DNA of 64,000 nucleotides from Acidobacteriota bacterium (GTDB lineage: Bacteria > Acidobacteriota > Thermoanaerobaculia > Gp7-AA8), in the NCBI GenBank assembly GCA_019244185.1, contig JAFATB010000010.1, forward strand, positions 57,773-121,772. Direction: 5' to 3'. Positions 1 through 9,931 of the stretch are shown one piece after another. The notes beneath the pieces are model-generated. The model was not told the origin of the DNA. It was given only the letters and a program-made list of their open reading frames with translations, and did no database searches. The translations under genes and the position numbers were made by a program. Each line of letters begins with the position of its first letter. Positions within the stretch are counted from its first letter, which is position 1.

Positions 1-1
1 C

Positions 2-130
2 GGCGGCGGCGCGTTGAAGATGGTGCTCGGTGGCGTCGCGGGCTTGCTCTTCGGCGCGATCGTCGGCGGCGTCAGCGCGGTCGTGTTCGTGCTCAAGTCG
101 CTGCGGAAGGTGTTCATCCCGTTCAAGTAG
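2..130 (+). CDS. 3' end of a membrane protein (partial, starts before the window)
   Basis: Open frame GGGALKMVLGGVAGLLFGAIVGGVSAVVFVLKSLRKVFIPFK* ending in TAG at 128-130; hydrophobic, with genome-typical codons. Confidence 0.5.
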   Translation, partial: GGGALKMVLGGVAGLLFGAIVGGVSAVVFVLKSLRKVFIPFK

Positions 131-143
131 AATCGCGGCCGAG

Positions 144-845
144 GTGAGCGACGCCCGGAAGCGGTTCCCGGTCGTGAAGGCCGTGCTCGGCGTCGTCGCC
201 ATCGCGGCGCTGCTCGTCGCGCTGCGCCTGCTGCCGATTGGGCCGTGGCTGGTGCGGTTTCAGGCGTGGGTGCGGAGCATCGGACCGGCGGGCTACGTCG
301 TGTACACGCTCGCGTACGTCGTCGCGTGCGTCTGCTTTCTGCCGGCGTCGCCGCTCACGTTCGGCGCGGGCGCGATCTTCGGCTTCGTCAAAGGCTCGAT
401 CGTCGTGATCGTCGGCGCGACGATCGGCGCGACGGTCTCGTTCCTCCTCGGCCGTACGCTGATGCGCAAAAAGATCGAGGCACTGACGGCGAACAACGCG
501 AAGTTCCGCGCGCTCGACCGCGCCATCACGCGCGAAGGCGCGCGCATCGTGTTCCTCATCCGCCTCGCGCCGGTGTTCCCGTATGCCTATATCAACTTCG
601 CGTTCGGACTGACCGGCGTGCGGCTGCTGTCGTATGTCGTGGCGACGTTCTTCGGGATCATTCCGGTGACGCTCGCCTTCGTCTGGATCAGCGACACCGC
701 CGCGCGGGCCGCGACCGCGGAGCTGACGACGACGCGGCTCGCGATTCAGATTGCAGGCGGCATCCTCGCCGTCATCGCCACGGTATTTGTCACACGAATC
801 GCGCTCACTGCCGTACGCAAAGCGGGCGTCGACGAGCCAACCTGA
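144..845 (+). CDS. TVP38/TMEM64 (VTT/DedA-like) membrane protein
   Basis: Motifs LPASPLTFGAGAIFG, GATIGATVSFLLGR and LIRLAPVFPYAYINFAFGLT. Start moved to GTG 144, which follows a TAGAAT box. Confidence 0.88.
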   Translation: MSDARKRFPVVKAVLGVVAIAALLVALRLLPIGPWLVRFQAWVRSIGPAGYVVYTLAYVVACVCFLPASPLTFGAGAIFGFVKGSIVVIVGATIGATVSFLLGRTLMRKKIEALTANNAKFRALDRAITREGARIVFLIRLAPVFPYAYINFAFGLTGVRLLSYVVATFFGIIPVTLAFVWISDTAARAATAELTTTRLAIQIAGGILAVIATVFVTRIALTAVRKAGVDEPT

Positions 846-862
846 AGAAGCCTTGGGCAACC

Positions 863-885
863 AGCGCACCCGGCCGGGCCGGGTG
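863..885. repeat. Short GC-rich hairpin, degenerate copy of the REP-like element at 40838 and 49151
   Basis: agcgcacccggccgggccgg matches agcgcagccggccgggccgg; stem cacccggc/gccgggtg. Confidence 0.45.
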
Positions 886-928
886 GGTAGGACTCGAATA
901 TGCTTTCGCCTTGAAGCGGAGGCATCAG

Positions 929-3709
929 ATGACCAACCCCCTTGCGGAGCTCCCCAAGCTCGGACAGAGCGTCTGGTACGACCAGATGGAGCGCAAGCTC
1001 GTCTCGAGCGGCGAGCTGCAGCGGATGATCGACGAAGACGACTTGCGCGGTCTCACGTCGAATCCCACCATTTTCGAGAAAGCGATCAGCGGCAGCGAAG
1101 ACTACGACGGCCAGTTGCGCATGCTCGCCTCGCAGGGCATGTCGCGCGACGACATCTACGACGAGATCGTGATCGAAGACATTGGCAACGCCGCCGACGT
1201 CTTTCTCCCCGTCTACCGCAAGACCAACGGCGACGACGGCTACGTGAGTCTCGAAGTCTCGCCGCTGTTCGCGCGCGATACGGCGAAGACGGTCGCCGAG
1301 GCGAAGCGGCTGTTCGTGAAACTCGGGCGCGACAACGCCATGATCAAGATTCCGGCGACGCCGGAAGGCATCCCCGCGATCGAGCAGGCCATCGCCACCG
1401 GGATCAACGTCAACGTTACGCTGATCTTCTCCATCGACGTCTACGCGCAGGTGATCGAAGCGTATCTGCGCGGTCTCGAACGGCGCGCCTCGCAGAGCCT
1501 GCCGATCGGCAACATCGCGTCCGTCGCGAGCTTCTTCGTCAGCCGCATCGACGCGCAGGCGGACAAGCAACTCGACGCGAAGATGAAAGACGATCCGTCG
1601 CTCGCGGAGCTGAAAGGGAAGGTCGCCATCGCGAACGCGAAGGTCGCGTATCAGCTGTTCAAAGAGCAATTCAGCAGCTCGCGCTTCGAGAAGCTCCGCG
1701 CGCTCGGCGCGCGTGTGCAGCGGCCGCTGTGGGCGTCGACCGGCACGAAGGATCCGAAGTACAGCGACGTGCTCTACATCGAGTCGCTGATCGGCGCCGA
1801 CACCGTGAACACGATTCCGCCGGCGACGTTCAACGCATTCCGCGATCACGGCCGCGTGCAGCCGACGCTCGAAGCGGATCTCGACGACGCGAAGCGCGTG
1901 CTGGCCACGTTCGAGGCGAAAGGCTTCAGCCTCAAAGCGATCACCGACAAGCTCACCGACGACGGCGTGAAAGCGTTCGACGAATCATTCGCGCAGCTGA
2001 CGGACACCATCGAGGCGCGGCGCGACGCCGTCGTGCGCGGACTGCCCGAGCGGCTCACGTTGCACAACGTGCCGTCGCTCGACGAGTTCATCGCGCGCGC
2101 GGAGAAAGACAAAGTCGTCTCGCGCATCTGGGCCAAAGACGCGACGCTGTGGAAGTCCGACGACGAGCACAAGAAGATCATCGAGAACGCGCTCGGCTGG
2201 CTCGTCGTGATGAACCAGATGAAGCGCAACGCGAAAGGACTCGTCGAGCTCACCGACGAATACCGCCGCGGCATGGAGTACGTCGTCGTCCTCGGCATGG
2301 GCGGCTCGAGTCTCGTGTCCGAGGTGACGCGGCGCGTCTTCCCGAAACGCGAGGGATATCCGGAGCTGCTCGTGCTCGACTCGACGGCGCCCGACGCCAT
2401 CGCGCAGCTCGAGGCGCACATCGATCTCGCGAAGACGCTGTTCATCGTCGCGTCGAAGTCGGGCTCCACGACCGAGCCGCGCATGTTCCACCGCTACTTC
2501 TACGAGCGGATGAAGAGCGTGGCCGGCGAGCGCGCGGGCATGCACTTCATCGCCATCACCGATCCCGGCTCGCAGCTCATCGAAGAGGCGAAGCGCGATC
2601 GCTTCCGCTCGACGTTCCTCAACCTGCCCGACATCGGCGGCCGCTACTCCGCGCTGTCGTTCTTCGGCCTCGTGCCGATGGCGCTGGCCGGCGTCGACGT
2701 CGACACGCTGCTCGACCGCGCGCAACACGCCGCGCACGTGTCGTCGCTGCCGCAGATCCGCAAGAATCCCGCGGCGCTCCTCGGCGTGGTCCTCGGCGCG
2801 ATGGCGCAGCAGGGGCGCAACAAGCTGACGCTGATCACGCCGCGCCCGCTCGACACGCTCGGCCTCTGGGTCGAGCAGCTGATCGCGGAGAGCACCGGGA
2901 AGGAAGGCAAAGGCATCGTGCCGATCGCCGGCGAGCCGGATCTCCCCGCGAACGCGTACGGCAACGATCGCCTGTTCGTCTGCGTGCGCATGCGCGGCAG
3001 CGACGAGACCGCGCGTCTGCGCGAGCTCGCCGCCGCGGGACATCCGGTCGTCGATCTCGTGCTCGAAGACGCGCTCGACCTCGGCGAGACGTTTTTCGTC
3101 TGGGAGTTCGCGACCGCGGTTGCCGGCACGATCCTCGGCGTCGACACGTTCGATCAGCCGAACGTGCAGGAGTCGAAAGACAACACGAAACGCATCCTCG
3201 GCGAGATCGCCGGCGGCGCTCAGAGCTCGCAGCCGGTCGAAGTGCGCCGCGCCGGCGACGATGACGCACTCGCGGCGTTGCTCGCGCAGGTGAAGCCCGG
3301 CGACTACTTCGCCATCACCGAATACTTCGCGGAAACGCCGGAACGCGACGCCGCCATCGCGCGCATCCGCGAGGCCATCGCGCGCGAGCTGCACGTCGCG
3401 ACGACGACGGGCTACGGCCCGCGCTTCCTCCATTCGACCGGACAGCTGCACAAGGGCGGGCCGGAGACCGGCGTGTTTCTGCAACTCGTCGCGAGTGCGC
3501 GCGACATCGACATTCCCGGTGAGAACCTCACATTCAGCCAGCTCGTCGGCGCGCAGGCCCTCGGCGACGCGCAGTCGCTCGCCACGCGTCACCGCCGCCT
3601 GCTGCGTCTCGACCTCGGCAACGACATCGACGCGAATCTCGCGTGGCTCGAGAAGTCGGTGACGCAGGCGCTGGCGCGCAACGCGAACGGCGCACGGGTG
3701 AAGGCATGA
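929..3709 (+). CDS. tal: Bifunctional transaldolase / glucose-6-phosphate isomerase
   Basis: N-terminal half has GLTSNPTIF, IKIPAT, VASFFVSRID and QRPLWASTG. C-terminal half has GMGGSSL, VASKSGST, DIGGRYS, EQLIAESTGK and DQPNVQESK. SD GGAGG precedes ATG 929. Confidence 0.95.
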   Translation: MTNPLAELPKLGQSVWYDQMERKLVSSGELQRMIDEDDLRGLTSNPTIFEKAISGSEDYDGQLRMLASQGMSRDDIYDEIVIEDIGNAADVFLPVYRKTNGDDGYVSLEVSPLFARDTAKTVAEAKRLFVKLGRDNAMIKIPATPEGIPAIEQAIATGINVNVTLIFSIDVYAQVIEAYLRGLERRASQSLPIGNIASVASFFVSRIDAQADKQLDAKMKDDPSLAELKGKVAIANAKVAYQLFKEQFSSSRFEKLRALGARVQRPLWASTGTKDPKYSDVLYIESLIGADTVNTIPPATFNAFRDHGRVQPTLEADLDDAKRVLATFEAKGFSLKAITDKLTDDGVKAFDESFAQLTDTIEARRDAVVRGLPERLTLHNVPSLDEFIARAEKDKVVSRIWAKDATLWKSDDEHKKIIENALGWLVVMNQMKRNAKGLVELTDEYRRGMEYVVVLGMGGSSLVSEVTRRVFPKREGYPELLVLDSTAPDAIAQLEAHIDLAKTLFIVASKSGSTTEPRMFHRYFYERMKSVAGERAGMHFIAITDPGSQLIEEAKRDRFRSTFLNLPDIGGRYSALSFFGLVPMALAGVDVDTLLDRAQHAAHVSSLPQIRKNPAALLGVVLGAMAQQGRNKLTLITPRPLDTLGLWVEQLIAESTGKEGKGIVPIAGEPDLPANAYGNDRLFVCVRMRGSDETARLRELAAAGHPVVDLVLEDALDLGETFFVWEFATAVAGTILGVDTFDQPNVQESKDNTKRILGEIAGGAQSSQPVEVRRAGDDDALAALLAQVKPGDYFAITEYFAETPERDAAIARIREAIARELHVATTTGYGPRFLHSTGQLHKGGPETGVFLQLVASARDIDIPGENLTFSQLVGAQALGDAQSLATRHRRLLRLDLGNDIDANLAWLEKSVTQALARNANGARVKA

Positions 3710-5115
3710 CGGCGCAGTTCGGAATGATCGGCCTCGCGGTGATGGGGTCGAACCTCGCGCTGAACATCGAGGAGCACGGCTTCTCGGTCGCCGTCTGGAA
3801 CCGCGAGCCGGATCGCACCGACAAGTTCATCCGCGACAACGCGGGGAAGAAGTTCACCGGCACGAAGACGCTCGAGGAGTTCGTCGCCGCGCTCGCACGT
3901 CCGCGCCGGATCATGATGATGATCAAGGCGGGCGCGCCGGTCGACGAGATGCTCGACAAGCTGATGCCGCTGCTCGAGCCGGGCGACGTCGTCATCGACG
4001 GCGGCAACTCGTGGTTCAAGGACACGCAGGCGCGCTCGCAGCGGCTGCTCGAACACGACCTCCACTTCGTCGGCTCCGGCGTCTCCGGCGGCGAAGACGG
4101 CGCGCGCTTCGGTCCGTCGCTCATGCCCGGCGGCACGCGCGAGTCGTGGGAGTCGATCCGCGAGGTGTTCGAAGCCATCGCCGCGCGCAGCGACTCCGGG
4201 CCGTGCGTCACGTACTGCGGCACCGACGGCGCGGGTCACTTCGTGAAGATGGTGCACAACGGCATCGAGTACGGCGACATGCAGCTCATCGCCGAGGCGT
4301 ACGACCTGCTGCGGCGTGGGTTGGGGTGCGATGCGGAGGAGCTCGCGCGCATTTTCGACGAATGGAACCGCGGTCCGCTGCAGTCGTTCCTCATCGAGAT
4401 CACGGCGAAGATCTTCCGCGTGCGCGATCCGGAGACGGGCGCGCCGCTGGTCGAGAAGGTGCTCGACAAGGCGGGACAGAAAGGCACCGGCAAGTGGACG
4501 GCGCAGGTCGCGCTCGATCTCGCGGTGCCGATTCCGACGATCGCCGCTGCCATCGACGCGCGCGTGCTGTCGTCGATGAAAGACGAGCGCGTCGCCGCCT
4601 CGAAGCTCTTCGACGCGCCGTCGCCGCGCGCGGTCGAGAGCCGCGAGCAGTTCATCCGCGACGTGCACGACGCGTTGTACGCCGCGAAGATCTGTTCGTA
4701 CGCCCAGGGCATGGCGCTCATTCAGGCCGGCAGCCGCGAATGGAAGTGGACCATCGACATGCGCGAGATCGCGCGCATCTGGAAGGCCGGCTGCATCATC
4801 CGCGCGAAGTTCCTCGACTCGATCATGCAGGCGTACGAGCGCGACCCGCGGCTCGCGAACCTGCTGCTCGACGAGCAGTTCCGCGCCGACATCGCGCGTT
4901 CGCAGGACGCATGGCGCCGCGCGTCCGCCTTCGCGCAGACGCACGGCATCCCGGTGCCCGCGTTCAGCGCCTCGCTCGCGTACTTTGACAGCTACCGCAC
5001 CGCGGAGCTGCCGCAGAACCTGACGCAGGCGCAGCGCGACCTCTTCGGCGCGCACACGTACCAGCGGAATGACAAAGGGGCGGACGCGCCGTTCGTGCAC
5101 ACGGATTGGGAGTAG
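3706..5115 (+). CDS. gnd: NADP-dependent 6-phosphogluconate dehydrogenase
   Basis: GLAVMGSNLALN, SGGEDGAR, GHFVKMVHNGIEYGDMQLI, QAQRDLFGAHTY; ATGA overlap with tal-pgi. Confidence 0.97.
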   Translation: MTAQFGMIGLAVMGSNLALNIEEHGFSVAVWNREPDRTDKFIRDNAGKKFTGTKTLEEFVAALARPRRIMMMIKAGAPVDEMLDKLMPLLEPGDVVIDGGNSWFKDTQARSQRLLEHDLHFVGSGVSGGEDGARFGPSLMPGGTRESWESIREVFEAIAARSDSGPCVTYCGTDGAGHFVKMVHNGIEYGDMQLIAEAYDLLRRGLGCDAEELARIFDEWNRGPLQSFLIEITAKIFRVRDPETGAPLVEKVLDKAGQKGTGKWTAQVALDLAVPIPTIAAAIDARVLSSMKDERVAASKLFDAPSPRAVESREQFIRDVHDALYAAKICSYAQGMALIQAGSREWKWTIDMREIARIWKAGCIIRAKFLDSIMQAYERDPRLANLLLDEQFRADIARSQDAWRRASAFAQTHGIPVPAFSASLAYFDSYRTAELPQNLTQAQRDLFGAHTYQRNDKGADAPFVHTDWE

Positions 5116-5118
5116 CGC

Positions 5119-6549
5119 TCAGCGCTGCTCCCGCCACGCCTTGTCCCAGCCGAGCTTCACGGCCGTGCCGAGGTTCACCGTGCCGTCGCTGTTGTACGTA
5201 CCGTTGTCGATGAGCCGCTTCTTCTGTTCTTCGTTGAGGTACGCGGGCAGCTTCGCGGTCGGGCTGTCGGGGATGAACTCGACGCCGTCGCGGATCGGCT
5301 GAAAGTCTTTGTAGCCGCGGCGCACGCCGTACACGACATAGGAGAACTCGACGTCCTTCGAGGCTTCGGCTTCGATGTGATCGAGCGACTGCTGCGTCAC
5401 CGCGACCATCGCCAGCCCGCCGATCGGCGTGAGGTGCACGGTCATCCCCTCTTCTTCGGTGGTCATGCGGAACGCCTCCGGCACGTCGATGACCGCGCGA
5501 CCGTGTACGAAGCGTCCGCGTCCACGAAAATACGTGCCGGCCTCGGGACCCTCGAGCGCTGCAAAGCGAATGACTTTCGTCGCATCCGACGGATGCGGAT
5601 CGACGAAGAACTTGGTGCCCGACGCCGCGAGGTCGCCCGCCGCGTAGACCGCGTACGTGTTGTTCGCGAGGTAGCCGCTGCGGAGGATGTTGCCGTTTGC
5701 ATCGTTGTACGTGCCGCCCACGCCGGCGGCATTGTTTGTGTTGCCGAGGACTCCGAAGCCGAGCTGGGATTCGCCGCGAACACCTGCCAGATTGCCGATC
5801 GCCGTGCCGGAGCGCGCGCCGGAAATCCCGAGGACGCCGCCGCCGAACCCGGTGGTGCCGGAGTTGAATCCCTTGACTCCCCACGTCGCGCCCGCCGTCG
5901 TGTAGCCCATCACGCCGGAACCGTCGGTGAGATTCAGCGTGGTCAGCGTGCCGAGCACGCCGGTCGTGTAGATGCCGCTCACGCTCGAGCCGTTGATGCC
6001 GTAGATCACGCCGCTGTCGTCCATGCTGCCGGTCATGCGGAAGCTCTTGCCCGCCGGCAGCGTGCCCGCGCCGCCGATGAAGTAGCCGTTGAGATCGATG
6101 ATGATGTCCGTCGCGCCGCCGGCGAAGACGGAGATCTGTCCGCTCGCACCGGTCGCGACGATGGAGGCGTTGGCGACCGGGACGCCGGTGCCGAAGTTCA
6201 CGGACGACACGTTCGGCCGCGTCGTTCCCGCCGCCCACGCGGTGATGTAGCTGCCGCTGGCGACGTTGTAGTTCACGATGGTGAAGTTGAGCGAGTACGA
6301 CTGCGCCGTGAGCGGGAGTCCGGTGCACGGCCCCGCGGCTACGTCGTAGGTGCGCGTCTCCAGCGCGGCGTATGAAGGGCCGCCGAACGGGCCGCTCGGA
6401 TTGCGCGTGTCCACGAGCCGGCACGGCGTCACCGCCACGAACGCAAGCGCATTCGTGCGCGTGGCCGCCACCGGCCAGTTCTGGAGCGGGATGTTCTGCG
6501 CGAAGGCGGAGAGCGTGCTGGCGAGAAGGAATGAAAGAATGATTCGCAT
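5119..6549 (-). CDS. Secreted protein: signal peptide, PCRLVDTR domain, Gly-rich beta repeats, C-terminal KFFVDPHP/LEGPE domain
   Basis: Signal MRIILSFLLASTLSAFAQ; TPCRLVDTR...DIIIDLNGYF; GVxG repeats; C-terminus resembles tail-fibre-type ends. Confidence 0.75.
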   Translation of the reverse strand: MRIILSFLLASTLSAFAQNIPLQNWPVAATRTNALAFVAVTPCRLVDTRNPSGPFGGPSYAALETRTYDVAAGPCTGLPLTAQSYSLNFTIVNYNVASGSYITAWAAGTTRPNVSSVNFGTGVPVANASIVATGASGQISVFAGGATDIIIDLNGYFIGGAGTLPAGKSFRMTGSMDDSGVIYGINGSSVSGIYTTGVLGTLTTLNLTDGSGVMGYTTAGATWGVKGFNSGTTGFGGGVLGISGARSGTAIGNLAGVRGESQLGFGVLGNTNNAAGVGGTYNDANGNILRSGYLANNTYAVYAAGDLAASGTKFFVDPHPSDATKVIRFAALEGPEAGTYFRGRGRFVHGRAVIDVPEAFRMTTEEEGMTVHLTPIGGLAMVAVTQQSLDHIEAEASKDVEFSYVVYGVRRGYKDFQPIRDGVEFIPDSPTAKLPAYLNEEQKKRLIDNGTYNSDGTVNLGTAVKLGWDKAWREQR

Positions 6550-6601
6550 GCGGTGAATTACCGCGTACAGAATCAAGTAAGTCAATCTGTAAAAATGGTA
6601 A

Positions 6602-7861
6602 TTACAACTGCGGCTTCAGCCACCCCGCCATCCGCTCCTTCACGCGGTCCAGCCACGGGCGGCGGATCCACCGCGGGGGCGTGATCTCCTCGCTGCGGGC
6701 GAGGTCTTCGAAGAACATCTGCTCCATCTGCGCGGCCACGCCTTCGTCGTGCACGTTGACGTTTACCTCGTCGTTGAGGCGGAACGAACGGTCGTCGAAG
6801 TTCGAGCTGCCGATGGTGGTCCAGACGCCGTCGACCACCATCGTCTTCGCGTGCATCATCGTCGGCTGGTACTCGAAGATGCGGATGCCGCGCAGAAGGA
6901 GTTGCGCGTAAAAGAGGCGTCCGGCGTGGCGCGCGACGGGGACGTCGGTCGATTCGCCGGGGACGATGACGCGCACGTCGACGCCGCGGCGCACGGCGCC
7001 TTCGAGCGCGCGGATGGTGTCGCGGTCGGGGACGAAGTAGGCGTTCGAGATGTAGATCGAGCGCGTGGCGCTGACGATCGACACGATGTAGAGGAGCTTG
7101 ACCGCCGACGAGCCTTCGCTCGGCGACGACTTCACGACCTGCGTCAGCTGCGTGCCTCGCGGCTCGATGCGGGGGAAGTAGTCGAGCCCCGTCAGCAACT
7201 CGCCGCGGCTCTTGACCCAGTTGTCCATGAACGCGAACTGCATCTGCGTCACCACCGGCCCTTCGACGCGCACCATCGTCTCGCGCCAGTGCTCGTGCGA
7301 GTCGGCGTCGCCCAGCCAGTTGTCGGCGATGCCGACGCCACCGGAGAAGCCGACCGTGCCGTCGACGATGAGCAGCTTGCGGTGCGTGCGGTGGTTGACG
7401 CGCGAGAGCGTGTACCAGCGCAGCGGATGGAACCACTCGACGCGCACGCCGTTGCGCTGCAGGAACTCGACGAGCTCCGGCGACATCGTGGCCGAGCCGA
7501 CCGCGTCGAGGATCACGTTGACGAGGACGCCCGCACGCGCGCGCTCGGCCAGCGCCTGCGCGAAGATCTTCCCGACTTCGCCGTCCCAGTAGATGTAGAA
7601 CTCGAGGTTGATCGTCTTCTGCGCCGCGCGGATCGCGGCGAGCATCGACGGGAAAATCTGTACGCCGTTTTTGAGCACGTCGACGCGATTGCCTTCCGAC
7701 AGCGCCGCACCGGTGAGCGCGTGCATCGTCTGCAGGAACGCGAGGTCGCGCACGCCGAACTGATGGCGCATGTGGTAGCGCATCGGCACGCGCCGCCGCA
7801 CCATCGGCAGCGGTGAACGTCCCGGATAGCGCGGCCGCTTACGCCGGCGGAAGAAGCTCAC
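6602..7861 (-). CDS. cls: Cardiolipin synthase / phospholipase D family
   Basis: Two HKD motifs (HRKLLIVD, HAKTMVVD); GTG start overlaps the upstream stop (GTGA). Confidence 0.9.
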   Translation of the reverse strand: MSFFRRRKRPRYPGRSPLPMVRRRVPMRYHMRHQFGVRDLAFLQTMHALTGAALSEGNRVDVLKNGVQIFPSMLAAIRAAQKTINLEFYIYWDGEVGKIFAQALAERARAGVLVNVILDAVGSATMSPELVEFLQRNGVRVEWFHPLRWYTLSRVNHRTHRKLLIVDGTVGFSGGVGIADNWLGDADSHEHWRETMVRVEGPVVTQMQFAFMDNWVKSRGELLTGLDYFPRIEPRGTQLTQVVKSSPSEGSSAVKLLYIVSIVSATRSIYISNAYFVPDRDTIRALEGAVRRGVDVRVIVPGESTDVPVARHAGRLFYAQLLLRGIRIFEYQPTMMHAKTMVVDGVWTTIGSSNFDDRSFRLNDEVNVNVHDEGVAAQMEQMFFEDLARSEEITPPRWIRRPWLDRVKERMAGWLKPQL

Positions 7862-8373
7862 AGCAGCGGTCCCCGCTTGCCGATCAGCCAGAACACGAGC
7901 GCGAGCAGCGCGCCGAACGCGACCACCACCACCGCCGCGAGGAACGCCACGATCAGCACCGTCACGAGCGCGATCTCGAACGGCGTGCGCGGCGTGCGGC
8001 GGCGGTTCCGGTAGCGCTCGAGCAGCCGCATGTTCTTCATGTTCTCTTCGAAGAGAAAGTCGAAGACGTCGCCCGCGACCGGCACCGCGCCGATGGCGAT
8101 GTCGAAGGCGATATTGAAGACCATGCGAAGAATGATGCGCGCGGGCACGCGATGGCGCAGCGCGCCGACGACGATCCACGTCGAGAGGATGCCGGCGGCG
8201 AGATCGCCGATGCCGGGAATGAGGCCGAGGGCCGCGTCGAGACCGAAGCGGAAGCGCGTGCCCGGGATCGCCACCGCCTCGTCCATCAGCCGCGCGAAAC
8301 GCCGCAGCGCGACGAGATCGCGCGGGAGCTTCTCATCCGGCTCGATGACTTCCGGCTCGATGGCCTTTGGCAC
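7858..8373 (-). CDS. DUF4112 family membrane protein
   Basis: LMDEAVAIPGTRFRFGLDAALGLIPGIGD...IGAVPVAGDVFDFLFEENMKN. Confidence 0.88.
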   Translation of the reverse strand: MPKAIEPEVIEPDEKLPRDLVALRRFARLMDEAVAIPGTRFRFGLDAALGLIPGIGDLAAGILSTWIVVGALRHRVPARIILRMVFNIAFDIAIGAVPVAGDVFDFLFEENMKNMRLLERYRNRRRTPRTPFEIALVTVLIVAFLAAVVVVAFGALLALVFWLIGKRGPLL

Positions 8374-8452
8374 GCTCAGCCATAATGCAAGAGTCAGGCG
8401 AGGCGGCAAGGCATGCGGTATGAGTAATGAGTACGCTTCGCGAGCCTGAACG

Positions 8453-9871
8453 ATGAGCGAGGAACCGAAACGCGGCTGGCGGCAGACGTCGATCGAACGC
8501 CTGCGCCGCGCCCATGGCTGGATCTGGGGCTGGCTGACCGATCCGGCCGTGCTGGTCTACCGCCGCCACGGCTCGGGACGCAAGCGCACGCGCGCGCTGG
8601 TGGTGGAGTTTTTCCTCTTCGTCCGCGAGGTCGTGCGCGAGTTTTACAGCGTGCAGGGCACCGCGCGCGCCGCCGCGCTCGCGTACACGACGCTGCTCTC
8701 GCTGATCCCGCTCCTGGTCGCGTTCACGCACATCCTCAACGAGTACTTCAAGAACATCTTCCCCGGCTTCCAGACGCAGATCGACACGATCCTCAACGCG
8801 GTCATCCCGTATCAGTCGCCGCAGATCACGTATCACCTCGCGCGCTTCGCCGAGAACGCGCAGACCGCCTCGACCCTCGGCGCGATCGCGTTCATGTTCG
8901 TCGCCTTCCGTCTCTTCGTCGCCGTCGAGGCCGCGGTGAACATGATCTGGAAAGTGCGCAGCGTGCGCGGCTACCGCCAGAAGATCATGGCCTTCACGAT
9001 GCTGTTCTTCTGGGGGCCGCTGCTGATGGGGCTCTCGTTCACGACCACGACCATGCTCGAGCGCAACCGCTATCTGCGCGTGCTGCTGCAGGGCGACTTC
9101 ATCTTCACGATCGTGCCGATCGTCGTGTTGTTCATCGGCTTCACGATGCTGTTCTGGCTCGTGCCGTCGACGAAGGTGCGCATCCAGGCCGCGGCGGCCG
9201 GCGCGCTGGTCACGACGACGCTGTTCACGCTGGTGCGCTGGGGTTTCGGCGTGTACGCGAACCATCTCGTCAGCGGCCGCCTCAATCTCATCTACGGCAC
9301 GATCGGACTCGCGGTGATCTTCCTCATCGCGATCGAGATCATGTGGGTGGTCATCCTCCTCGGCGTCCAGGTGAGTTACGTCTGGCAGAACCTCTACGGC
9401 GTCCTGCGCGCGACGCAGCAGCAGGTGCAGGACGAGCCGCGTTTCGATCTCTACTTCGCGCTGCGCGGCATCATCGAGATCTGCCGCCGCTTCGACCGCC
9501 GCGAGGAAGCGCCGTCCGCGTATCGCCTCGCCGAGCAGTTCGGCTCGACCGACGCGCAGATGGTGCGCGTGCTCCACAAGCTCGAGGAAGCGAAGCTGAT
9601 CACGCCGACCGGCACGGAATGGATCGGCTACGTGCCCGCGTGCGATCCCGATCGCATCCTCGTCGAAGAAGTCGTCGCGCACATGGAAGGCATGCAGCGC
9701 GCGGTCCCGGATCTCGGCCCGGACGACGACGAGCGCGCCGCCGTCGGCGAGCTGTTCCAGCGCCTCAACGCGTGTACGGCCGAGGCGCTCGACCGCACGA
9801 GCGTCGGCCGCGTGGTGCGCGAGCTCTACACGCCGCGCGTCGCGCGCAGCGAAGATCGCGTCACGCTGTGA
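8453..9871 (+). CDS. YihY/BrkB family membrane protein with C-terminal HTH-like extension
   Basis: AAALAYTTLLSLIPLL, EAAVNMIWKV, IYGTIG; soluble Rrf2-like tail. Confidence 0.88.
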   Translation: MSEEPKRGWRQTSIERLRRAHGWIWGWLTDPAVLVYRRHGSGRKRTRALVVEFFLFVREVVREFYSVQGTARAAALAYTTLLSLIPLLVAFTHILNEYFKNIFPGFQTQIDTILNAVIPYQSPQITYHLARFAENAQTASTLGAIAFMFVAFRLFVAVEAAVNMIWKVRSVRGYRQKIMAFTMLFFWGPLLMGLSFTTTTMLERNRYLRVLLQGDFIFTIVPIVVLFIGFTMLFWLVPSTKVRIQAAAAGALVTTTLFTLVRWGFGVYANHLVSGRLNLIYGTIGLAVIFLIAIEIMWVVILLGVQVSYVWQNLYGVLRATQQQVQDEPRFDLYFALRGIIEICRRFDRREEAPSAYRLAEQFGSTDAQMVRVLHKLEEAKLITPTGTEWIGYVPACDPDRILVEEVVAHMEGMQRAVPDLGPDDDERAAVGELFQRLNACTAEALDRTSVGRVVRELYTPRVARSEDRVTL

Positions 9872-9890
9872 TGCATTGAACCGCGTGAGT

Positions 9891-9922
9891 CGAGAGCGGC
9901 GACCGGAGGGTCGCCGCTCTCG
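9891..9922. terminator. Perfect hairpin between convergent genes, probable bidirectional terminator
   Basis: cgagagcggcgacc-ggag-ggtcgccgctctcg, 14-bp stem, no U-tract. Confidence 0.65.
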
Positions 9923-9931
9923 CGTGGACGG

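Noticed and set aside
245-928. N-terminal extension of the tal-pgi ORF (likewise the extended ORF-track starts for cls, gap, rlpA, panC, the lipid kinase and the ABC genes)
   Set aside because: The extensions overlap other real genes; better starts lie at domain boundaries with SD, -10 box or stop-start overlap support
5119-6549. Prophage remnant
   Set aside because: A single gene with a Sec signal peptide and no other phage genes nearby
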